Positions 36,770 through 44,598 of a stretch of DNA of 64,000 bases are shown in pieces. Each line of letters begins with the position of its first letter. Position 1 is the first letter of the stretch. The position numbers were made by a program, and so were the translations under genes. The stretch is from Candidatus Latescibacterota bacterium (GTDB lineage Bacteria; Latescibacterota; UBA2968), in contig OZ244847.1 in assembly GCA_965220765.1 (NCBI GenBank), positions 2,862,066-2,926,065 of the forward strand. The letters are read 5' to 3'. Below the pieces are notes generated by a model. It was not told the DNA's origin. It did no database searches and was given only the letters and a program-made list of their open reading frames with translations.

Positions 36770-38804
36770 GGCCTCTATCGGTCAAGCCAATCACCAGGAT
36801 CGGCAAGGCATCCCGTATTTCGATTTGTGCGTTGCGAGACACTGTTTCGGTTTCTCCCGTGCATAGATGATAGATGCGAATAGGGCTGATGTCGAGTGAA
36901 AAATCGAGAGTATTGAGATCGAAAATATCACGAGCAGGTAGTATGAGAGCGAGCCTGCGATGGGTGTTGTTGAGATACAGGATGCGGTTGTTTTCCCATG
37001 TTTGTTCGCGGGGCTCTGTAAAAGTATTGGCGTGAACGGGACTGTTGATGAGCGTGTTCAGACAACGCAGAGTGTGAAAAGGTGCGCGGGGGTTGCAGAG
37101 GGTGTCGAGCAATCCATGTGTGACATCCATTGTGCGGTCAAAGTCGGTGAGTGGATCGACAAAGAGGCGTGTGCCTGGTTGGCGAACAATGGCAAATGTG
37201 GCTTCGGCAATTCGGCGGGCATTGGTGTTGTCGTTCTGCGCGTCTAATTCGAGTGAGATGTCTATGTGATCGATATTCGAGTATTTGCATTTGCTCAGGG
37301 ATTGGATATAAGTCCAGGGCGATTCGTTGGATGGTACGCGGCTGAGTACGCGCTGAAGGTGAATATCGGCGTTTTGGAGGGTCGCGTTCAGGCTTTCGAG
37401 TTCGTCGAGGTGATAACCTATTCGGGTTCGCAAGTGTTGTTTGCCGTGTACGCGTTCGTTGGGGATAATCGGGCAAATCGAGAGTTCGGCAAGCTTTGTA
37501 CATCGGTTGAGTGTTTCGCAAACTTCATCGGATGATAGCGAAGGATCAGATATCTGAATTTCCCAGTTCTGTATAAAATCGAGGTTGGCTTCGATGTATT
37601 CGGGCAATGAGGCGATGCGCGGTTCGAGGAATGTGGCAATGGGTGTTATTTCTTCGGAGCGGAGCATTTCGAGGCGCGTGCGCTGAAAGGAGTCGCGCAG
37701 GTCGCGCCAGGGAAAGCGCACAAATTTGGCGCCGAGTTCTATGCAGGCCAAGAAATGCTGGTCATTGCGCGCTTTTTGACGCACGACAGAGGGATATGCA
37801 ATTGGGAGTTCCGCAATGGGCGTGATGGGGTGGCGGAGGGTGAGTCCAACAGGTGAATCCAGATTGGCGGATGTGCAAGTGATGAGGTGGTCACGGGCAG
37901 GGCGTTTTATTTCGCCTTTTGTGTGGATAAAGTGGACATCGGTGTGATCGGCGCGTATGCGGAGGAGATAAAATCCGAGCTTGCCTGTGTCGTCTCGTCC
38001 CTGTTCGGGCGGTGGCGCACTGGCGTAGAGATGGCCGAACCCCGGGCGCGTAAAGGACGTAGAGGGAGTGATGAAATAGCGCGTTTTGTCAATTTTGTCG
38101 TAAAAAGGATAGTGTACGTGTGCTGCAAAGAGGAGTTCGATTCCGTATTTTTGAATCAATGCGAGGAGGCGGTCTCGATCTGGCGGGCTGATGTTGTCGT
38201 AGTGTCCCAATCCCGGCTCATTGTCATCCCAAAGGTAGAGGGGCAGGTGAAAAAAGAGAAAGAGCCGCTGGTTTTTGTGTTTTTCAAGGTCGGATTCAAA
38301 CCATTCCCACTGGTCGTCTGCTTCGGGGATTTTTGAGTTGAGGATCTGGGAATTGAGCACGATAAAGTGACACAGATCGCGGTCAAAACTGTACCAGGAA
38401 GGACCAAAGAGGTCGTGGAAGAATGCGAGCGATTCCGCGGTTGCCTCGTGGGTGGGCATGGTGGGATCGGTTTTGTCGCCGATATCGTGATTGCCGGCGA
38501 CATAGTGCGGATAAATATTGCAGGCGCGTATCTGATCGCGCGCTTCGACCATCGCGCGTTTGAAGTCCGGTGTTTCGGGATATTCCTGGACGAGGTCGCC
38601 CATGTGGATGACAAAATCGGCCTCAATGGACGCGACCTGTTCCAGGGCTATGCCGGCGCGTTGGGTTTGCACGCGGCGCGATTCAAATTCGAGGGGGCGG
38701 TCGCCAACGTCAATCATGTAATGCGTGTCGGCAATGACCGCGCATTCAAATTGAGCGGGGGGGAGGTGGGTTTTGTCGAAGCTTATTTTTCTTCCGCTTT
38801 CCAT
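36741..38804 (-). CDS. Calcineurin-like metallophosphoesterase fused to a ~380-aa domain of unknown function
   Basis: The N-terminal motifs appear in order: IADTHY, HMGDLV, AGNHDIGD, FFHLPL and AAHVH. Residues from about 310 to 687 have no motif I recognise. The gene overlaps the downstream PhyH gene by 29 nt and the upstream gene by 22 nt. Confidence 0.8.
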   Translation of the reverse strand: MESGRKISFDKTHLPPAQFECAVIADTHYMIDVGDRPLEFESRRVQTQRAGIALEQVASIEADFVIHMGDLVQEYPETPDFKRAMVEARDQIRACNIYPHYVAGNHDIGDKTDPTMPTHEATAESLAFFHDLFGPSWYSFDRDLCHFIVLNSQILNSKIPEADDQWEWFESDLEKHKNQRLFLFFHLPLYLWDDNEPGLGHYDNISPPDRDRLLALIQKYGIELLFAAHVHYPFYDKIDKTRYFITPSTSFTRPGFGHLYASAPPPEQGRDDTGKLGFYLLRIRADHTDVHFIHTKGEIKRPARDHLITCTSANLDSPVGLTLRHPITPIAELPIAYPSVVRQKARNDQHFLACIELGAKFVRFPWRDLRDSFQRTRLEMLRSEEITPIATFLEPRIASLPEYIEANLDFIQNWEIQISDPSLSSDEVCETLNRCTKLAELSICPIIPNERVHGKQHLRTRIGYHLDELESLNATLQNADIHLQRVLSRVPSNESPWTYIQSLSKCKYSNIDHIDISLELDAQNDNTNARRIAEATFAIVRQPGTRLFVDPLTDFDRTMDVTHGLLDTLCNPRAPFHTLRCLNTLINSPVHANTFTEPREQTWENNRILYLNNTHRRLALILPARDIFDLNTLDFSLDISPIRIYHLCTGETETVSRNAQIEIRDALPILVIGLTDRGHDETTKSAL

Positions 38805-39208
38805 TCGGCGATTTTTTCATCGGCTTTGCGGCGCAGTTCGCGGCCCTTGTCCGGGGTGGGGTCTTCTATGATGCCATAGACCTGGCGACCTTCGTGATCT
38901 TCGGGTAAGTATTCCGTAATGGGCATGCCTTCGGGGGTGACAAAGAGCAGGCAGTGACAGTATTTGAAAATTTTCATTTCGTCACAGGCACAGACCCATT
39001 CGCGGCTGCGTTCGAGTTCGGCCTTTTTGTCGGGATAAAAGTTGCAGGGGCAAAGTGGGCGGCCCAATTCATCGATGTTTTGTGCAAGGCCGTTGATGAC
39101 TGTGTCGGCAACTTCTCGGGTCGGATGCGGCGATGTCCCGGTTTTTTCCCAGTATTTTTCCGTGTATATCTGCATTCTTTTGAGGCTTTTTTCTGTGGGT
39201 TCGGACAT
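38783..39208 (-). CDS. Ferredoxin:thioredoxin reductase catalytic (beta) subunit-like protein
   Basis: Cys signature CPC-X17-CAC-X8-CHC (C53/C55, C73/C75, C84/C86; nt 38951-39052). The canonical FTR-B signature is CPC-X16-CPC-X8-CHC. The size is 141 aa. Confidence 0.8.
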   Translation of the reverse strand: MSEPTEKSLKRMQIYTEKYWEKTGTSPHPTREVADTVINGLAQNIDELGRPLCPCNFYPDKKAELERSREWVCACDEMKIFKYCHCLLFVTPEGMPITEYLPEDHEGRQVYGIIEDPTPDKGRELRRKADEKIAEWKAEEK

Positions 39209-39244
39209 GGCTTATACCTCCAGTTTTGGGATCTTGTGTTTGGA

Positions 39245-40050
39245 CTACAAGTGGCTGTTGAGGTAGTCCATAGATTTTCGGAGTTCTGCTCTGGCATCGC
39301 CCGGGGGAATGCTGCATTCAAAACCGCAGTAGTGTTCGTAGCCGATGTCGGATAGTGCTTTGAGCGGGGGACCAAAATCCGTGTGTCCATAGCCAGGCAA
39401 GATGCGATTGCTGTCGGCCAGATGTACATTGGCGATGTGTTTACCCCCTGCGCGGATGGCTTCGGCGAGGTCGGCTTCCTCAATGCTCATGTGGAAAAGA
39501 TCGGCCATGGTGGCGATGGAGGAACTGCCCACGGCTTCGCAGATTTCAACGCCCTGTGCAACGGTGCAGGGCCACCACTGTTCGTAGCGGTTCAGGGGTT
39601 CTATGATCAGGCGACTGCCGCACGCTTCGGCATGCGGTGCGATGTCTTGTTTGAGAATTTCGATGAGGAGATCTTTTTCAAGTGTAGATGTGCTGTACAG
39701 GGGCGAGAGGTCGGGAATGCGTTCGCCACCACCCATTTTGATGCCGAGGGGAAAATTACACCTATACCGCCGACTTCCGTACACAGAGTCAGGGCGTCGT
39801 TAATGGATTTTACGGCTGCGTTGCGTTCCTGGGGACGCGCGTCAAGCAGACCTTTACTGCCCCGGGAAGAGCAGATATTGGGCACGATACCCGTCGCGTC
39901 TGACGCTGCTTTGATCTCATCTGCAAAATCTGAGGTGCTGCTATTGGTGATTTCAATACCGGAAAAGCCGAGTTCTTCGAGTGCCTGGAATTTCTCCATC
40001 AGGGTGTTGCCAGGCGCCATGGGTTCACGAAGAGAATATTTGATGGTCAT
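39245..40050 (-). pseudogene. Sugar-phosphate isomerase/epimerase (xylose-isomerase-like TIM barrel), interrupted by a 1-nt frameshift
   Basis: Two overlapping ORFs (39607-40050 and 39245-39784) read as the two halves of one protein: ...TEVGGIGVIFP | LGIKMGGGERIPDL...IIEPLNRYE...VHLADSN.... The frames switch at the plus-strand G4A4 run (39748-39755). Adding one nucleotide gives a 268-aa ORF. Confidence 0.75.
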
Positions 40051-40133
40051 AAGTCGATTCCGATATGAGTGATAGTGCGATCCTATGAAAAGGGCTCAAT
40101 GATCTGATGGGGACTTTTTCGGAAAAATCAATT

Positions 40134-40664
40134 TCAACGCGCTGGTGGGGGAGGTGGGGAAGAGTAGGTGCGGGCGGCTCTACCGTTGCGTCGGATTGCG
40201 TCCGCGATAGGTCCAAGCCGCGATGGCCCCGAAAACATCCCATCGTCCAAAATTGTCTGAATTTCGTCCGTTTCCATTGTCGCTATGAACTTGAAAACCC
40301 TCGGTATAGCACTGGCCCGAGACTTGGACGCGGGTTCATCAATCCCGTAAATCTGGCAAAAATTTCTAATATCGCCAAAGGTTGGGAGAAAAGCCTTGTT
40401 TTCAAATCTGTTCGCAAGCTCAATTGCTATCGGCTCTTTTTCCGCAGAGAGTTCCATTTTTGCAACATACTCCGGCGCATTAACCTTTGCCCTCTTTTTT
40501 GGGGGCTTTGTCACCACCTCATTATCAGATAAAACGCTGCTCTGTTTAGGGCTTTTGAGTTGACGATCAGCAAGGCGGATTTCCCGTAGAGATCGGTCAA
40601 CTTGCTCGAACCCATATTGGTGAACCATCAAACGTAGCGTATCTTTGAGTTTAACGTTAGTCAT
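40134..40664 (-). CDS. Hypothetical protein (176 aa), no recognisable family
   Basis: The ATG is preceded by AGGAGGG. The ORF has a Lys-rich linker (KPPKKRAK) and a C-terminal PPPPP tail. No motif is recognised. Confidence 0.55.
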   Translation of the reverse strand: MTNVKLKDTLRLMVHQYGFEQVDRSLREIRLADRQLKSPKQSSVLSDNEVVTKPPKKRAKVNAPEYVAKMELSAEKEPIAIELANRFENKAFLPTFGDIRNFCQIYGIDEPASKSRASAIPRVFKFIATMETDEIQTILDDGMFSGPSRLGPIADAIRRNGRAARTYSSPPPPPAR

Positions 40665-41102
40665 AAGCTATCAGCCCTCCTGTCATCATTCAAGTCCAAG
40701 CACTGTAAAAAATTCGCTTGCAAAATTATCAAACTTATAGGCGTTCCCTGAGTGACTAAAATCTCCACGCATTATTTTTGGGAATCCACGGGAGAAAGGG
40801 ATTTGATTCTCGAATATGCGCCATTCGTTTTCTTCAGTTTCTTGACGTATTTCAGGCAGGGATCTCTCCCTTTCTGGACCACCCTATTTCCACTATAATG
40901 AGTTACGAAGGCTGAATATTACTTGATGTTAATATACGGTCTTCAGGGCAAAAGGCAAGTTTCAGATCGCTCAATATAGTTTGCTATACCGATAACTTCT
41001 GAATTGATTGACCGAAGTATCAGCATGAGATGTTGTCAAATGTAGAAAGATAGGCATTAAGTTTTTAGTTGTAAGTTCTGATCATTTGAGTATGTTTTAA
41101 CC

Positions 41103-41120
41103 ATCAACAGTTTTGCAGAA
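41103..41120. repeat. Left arm of an outer 18-bp inverted repeat that brackets the IS element
   Basis: ATCAACAGTTTTGCAGAA matches the reverse complement of 42282-42299 (ATCAACAGTCTCGCAGAA) at 16 of 18 positions. Confidence 0.5.
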
Positions 41121-41155
41121 CCCGATAGGTCGGGTCACTTGCTAAATAAAATAAA

Positions 41156-42203
41156 ACGCGATGTGTGACTTCAAAATTTTACGAGGCCGTCAAAATCAAG
41201 GGGGTCTCGATAATTGATGATATTGAGAAAGACACACATGGTATGAGTTAAGATTTTGGTATGCCACAAGTTTAATAGATGCCATACATCTCGCACTTTC
41301 ATGCGAGCAATATGTAAACGTTCTGTCAATTGTGCATAAACGGTTTCGACTAATCGCCTTGTGGCGTTCTTAGCTTTGGGCAAAATGAAAGGGGTGCGTT
41401 GTGGATCTTCTTTCATATTGGACTTTAAGGGCGTTTGGATGCGTATTCGGTAGGTATCAAAACACCTTTTTTGCCAGTCCAAATCCATAAATGCTTTATC
41501 TGCCAAGACGGTTGTCTCTCCCATTGTGCCATTGATGAGTGCGTCTCGGCAGTTCTTGTCGTGCCCATACGCTTTCAGGATCGGCGCGTGGACAATAAGG
41601 CCATAATCCGTGATCCTAAGGCCACCCTTAAAGCCAAAATACGCTTCGCCTTTAGCAGCACAGAAGCCTTTGGTAGGGGGTGGGAACGCAAAGACTGGCT
41701 CACTTTTAAATATCTTGCGCCTATGTCGCCTTGCCAGTTTACAGATTGGTAATGGCAAGGTATCTATGATCTGATACGGTGCCTGATGCCCTTCAAGATA
41801 GGCTACAATCCGCTGTTGCATCCACATCTTGACAGACCACAAATTGGCACATTGACGCACAAAGGCAGGGCGATCTTTCAAAGTAGGGAACCAGGCTATG
41901 AAATGTTCTTTCATCTGCTCATGAAGTCTCTTCTGGCTTGAATACCCCAAAAAGTGACCTACGATTTCTATGGTGAGGCATTCCGCATCGCTTAAACTGG
42001 GGTCAAAGCCAGCACGCCGGGGCTTGCCATGCACCTCACAGAAAGCTGGATAGAGATCCTCTTCAATAAAACAGTAGATTGCAATGACAAAAAGTTCTAA
42101 ATTATACATCGGAGGTTCCTTTCGTTGGATGGCTTCTTGTTTATTGGACAATCCAAGATAGCCGAGGAACCTCTTTTTGTCTATTTAAAGTCACACATCA
42201 CGT
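41156..42203 (-). mobile_element. IS982-family insertion sequence (about 1.05 kb) with terminal inverted repeats and target-site duplication
   Basis: The ends are ACGCGATGTGTGACTTCAAA (41156 onward) and the reverse complement of 42184-42203, ACGTGATGTGTGACTTTAAA; they match at 18 of 20 positions. Flanking direct repeats are TAAAATAAAA at 41147-41156 and 42203-42212 (8-10 bp; the exact length is ambiguous because the sequence is AT-rich). A single transposase ORF lies inside. Confidence 0.8.
41171..42109 (-). CDS. IS982-family DDE transposase
   Basis: IS982-like blocks are present: IAIYCFIEED, IIDTLPLPICKLARRHRRKIF, AAKGEAYFGFKGGLRITDYGLIV, AYGHD, VLADKAFMD, RRLVETVYAQL. ATG at 42109 (MYNLELF) follows AAAGGA. 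The listed ORF extends to 42151. Confidence 0.9.
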   Translation of the reverse strand: MYNLELFVIAIYCFIEEDLYPAFCEVHGKPRRAGFDPSLSDAECLTIEIVGHFLGYSSQKRLHEQMKEHFIAWFPTLKDRPAFVRQCANLWSVKMWMQQRIVAYLEGHQAPYQIIDTLPLPICKLARRHRRKIFKSEPVFAFPPPTKGFCAAKGEAYFGFKGGLRITDYGLIVHAPILKAYGHDKNCRDALINGTMGETTVLADKAFMDLDWQKRCFDTYRIRIQTPLKSNMKEDPQRTPFILPKAKNATRRLVETVYAQLTERLHIARMKVRDVWHLLNLWHTKILTHTMCVFLNIINYRDPLDFDGLVKF

Positions 42204-42281
42204 AAAATAAAATAACTCACAAGAGATTTGGGGTAGATCCCTGAGTCAGAGTGAATAGGCAAGACTTCCCGTATTCTAAAC

Positions 42282-42299
42282 TTCTGCGAGACTGTTGAT
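42282..42299. repeat. Right arm of the outer 18-bp inverted repeat
   Basis: TTCTGCGAGACTGTTGAT is the partner of 41103-41120. A perfect 9-bp hairpin follows immediately: GACATCCTC-ggagt-GAGGATGTC at 42306-42328. Confidence 0.5.
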
Positions 42300-42360
42300 A
42301 AGCCCGACATCCTCGGAGTGAGGATGTCAAAACGTCGACTTTCAAGAGGAGAGATTAGCT

Positions 42361-42834
42361 ATGCGGTTTTGTATGTACGCTGTATTGGTAGCATTGGTCA
42401 GCCAGACAATTTCTTGCGGAGCACTTTTCGTAGGAACAACCCAAACTGTCCATATAAACTCGTCTCCCGTCAATAGCAAGATCGAACTTGACGGAGGAAT
42501 TTACAGATCACCAGCGTCGGTTGTACTCGCTCGGAATAAGAACTACACAGTGACGATCTCAAAAGAGGGATACGAAACGAGATCGGTCAAGATCAATAGA
42601 ACAGTCAGCGGTGGAATTGTCATACTGGACGTTTTAGCAGGCGTCTTCCCTGTGATTATTGATATGGCTATGGGAACTTGGTATAAGCTATCACCGAACA
42701 CGATCAACGTCAACTTGGTTAGCACTCAATCAGGTAAGAGAAATGTTCCAGTGAACATAAGTATAGTAGATAAAGATGGAATCAGTATAAAATCAGCAGA
42801 GCCAGTTAAGATAAAAATAAAAGTCTCGGAATAG
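42361..42834 (+). CDS. Exported PEGA-like domain protein (possible lipoprotein)
   Basis: GAGGAG lies upstream of the ATG. The N-terminus is hydrophobic and ends in TISC. A PEGA-like segment is present (INSSPVNSKIELDGGIYRSPASVVLARNKNYTVTISKEGYETRSV). The gene is AT-rich relative to its neighbours. Confidence 0.65.
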   Translation: MRFCMYAVLVALVSQTISCGALFVGTTQTVHINSSPVNSKIELDGGIYRSPASVVLARNKNYTVTISKEGYETRSVKINRTVSGGIVILDVLAGVFPVIIDMAMGTWYKLSPNTINVNLVSTQSGKRNVPVNISIVDKDGISIKSAEPVKIKIKVSE

Positions 42835-42877
42835 AGATTGGCAGAGTTTCTTCACTTACATATTATTTATACTAACG

Positions 42878-42914
42878 AATCCGCTTCTTGAGAAATTGAG
42901 AAGCGGATTTTTAT
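42878..42914 (+). terminator. Intrinsic terminator after the PEGA-like gene
   Basis: A perfect 11-bp stem forms between AATCCGCTTCT (42878-42888) and AGAAGCGGATT (42899-42909). The loop is 10 nt and the tail is TTTATT. Confidence 0.7.
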
Positions 42915-43048
42915 TAATTGAAAATAAAGGACTTAGATTGCATAATTCAATAACCCGAAAGGTCTAATGAAAAATAGCTGTGCATGATGCCCACTGCATT
43001 GAAAGGTTTCTCATACTTCTCCGGTCAATGAGTGCCCTATCTCTCGAG

Positions 43049-44431
43049 CTATGCTCTTGATGCTTCCCAACCTTTTTTTATTACTTTTTCCAGTTTGCGT
43101 ACTGTTTCGGCATAGCGAATGTCTTCCGCGGCATTGACGTTTTCCGCTGCATCTTCCCGGTGGTCGTAAAGTTCTCGCGCCTTTATCTCTCCCGTATCTC
43201 TCGATTGCCATTCTGTGTAGCGGAAGTCGTCTGTCTTGATGGTGTAGCCCATCACGCCCGAACGCGGATACTGACTGAAAGCCGCCTGTTTCCAGGCTCT
43301 GTCGGGCTCCTCCATCAAGGGCACGAAGCTCTGGCCCTCGAGATGATCGGGCAGCGGTAGATCGCACAGGTCGCACAGGGATGGGTACATATCGACGAAT
43401 TCCGTAAGCCCGGATGCCTTTGCGCCCTGCTTGCCGCGTTCTGGGGAGCGGACGATCATTGGGGCATGTGTATCGATGTCGAAGTTCGTGTGCTTGCACC
43501 AGCTGCCGTGTTCGCCGAGTTTCCAGCCGTGATCTCCCCAGAGGATTACAACGGTGTTTGCCTTGAGGCCGAGCCGTTCGATTTCGTCGAGCACGCGTCC
43601 GACCTGCGCGTCCATATACGAGACACACGCGCAGTAGCCGTGGATCAATGTGCGCGCGAGATTCTCTGGTATTGGTCCCTCCTTGGGCATTCCGAAGTAG
43701 CCGCGAAGTTCTCCGAATTCAGTCAGAGAGTACTCTGTGACATTTTCTGGTGCGCTGGTATTCAGGGCGAGGGGCAATGCTTCCCGATCGTAACGGTCCC
43801 AGTGGCTCTTTGGAGCGTTGAAGGGCAGATGGGGTTTGTGAAAGCCCACGGCGAGGAAGAAGGGTTGATCGCGCAATTCGTTGAGGGTTTTGATCGCCTG
43901 ATCGGCGTCCTTGCCGTCGTGATAGGCCTCGTCGGGCACGTCCGCGGCTTCAAACGCCGGTCCCAGACCCCGTCGTGTGGAGCCTTCGGCGGTCAATAGG
44001 GCATCTGTGCGCTCGATCACTTCCATCGCTTCATCCGTCAAATAGCCTCGTCCCTTCCAATCACCTGTTGAGACGTGGGGTTCAGTAGTCCATCCTTGTA
44101 GATCATCGTTTCGATGGTGATAGATTTTCCCGATGGATCGCGTCTCGTAGCCGTGCTGCTTGAAGTGCTGTGGTAGCGAGAGGACATCGGGCATCACGGA
44201 CCGCAAGGGGGTTTGTAAATCGTAAATTGTCGTTGTATCCGGGCGGCAGCCGCTGAGAACACTCGCCCGAGAAGGTGCGCATACGGCTTGCTGGCAGTAA
44301 GCCCGCTCGAAGAGGACGCCCTCTGCGGCCAATTGATCGATGTTCGGCGACTGGACGAATTCTTGACCATAACAACCGAGTTGCGGGCGAAGATCATCTA
44401 CGGCGATGAATAACACGTTCATTTTGTTCAC
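43049..44431 (-). CDS. Cys-type sulfatase (iduronate-2-sulfatase-like), no signal peptide
   Basis: It begins MNKMNVLFIAVDDLRPQLGCYG. The CxPxR motif is CAPSR, followed by SVLSG. Also present are GKIYH and WGDHGW. Confidence 0.9.
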   Translation of the reverse strand: MNKMNVLFIAVDDLRPQLGCYGQEFVQSPNIDQLAAEGVLFERAYCQQAVCAPSRASVLSGCRPDTTTIYDLQTPLRSVMPDVLSLPQHFKQHGYETRSIGKIYHHRNDDLQGWTTEPHVSTGDWKGRGYLTDEAMEVIERTDALLTAEGSTRRGLGPAFEAADVPDEAYHDGKDADQAIKTLNELRDQPFFLAVGFHKPHLPFNAPKSHWDRYDREALPLALNTSAPENVTEYSLTEFGELRGYFGMPKEGPIPENLARTLIHGYCACVSYMDAQVGRVLDEIERLGLKANTVVILWGDHGWKLGEHGSWCKHTNFDIDTHAPMIVRSPERGKQGAKASGLTEFVDMYPSLCDLCDLPLPDHLEGQSFVPLMEEPDRAWKQAAFSQYPRSGVMGYTIKTDDFRYTEWQSRDTGEIKARELYDHREDAAENVNAAEDIRYAETVRKLEKVIKKGWEASRA

Positions 44432-44598
44432 AGTTCCCCCTGAGAATTAAAAATTAAAAATTGAGAGTTGGGCGTTTGCGTGGGCAATATAAAAGCCTGG
44501 ATATAAAAATCAAGCCACACAATAGATCAAAGGTTGACAAGACAAGTTCTGTGATGCCATATTACGGGCAGGTGGTTAGGCCAAACAAGGAGGGTATC

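Noticed and set aside
40690-40875. Calling the ~62-codon open frame upstream of the orphan gene as a CDS.
   Set aside because: It has no usable start codon until about codon 38, and an in-frame TAG lies immediately upstream. It is treated as a remnant in the findings, not as a feature.
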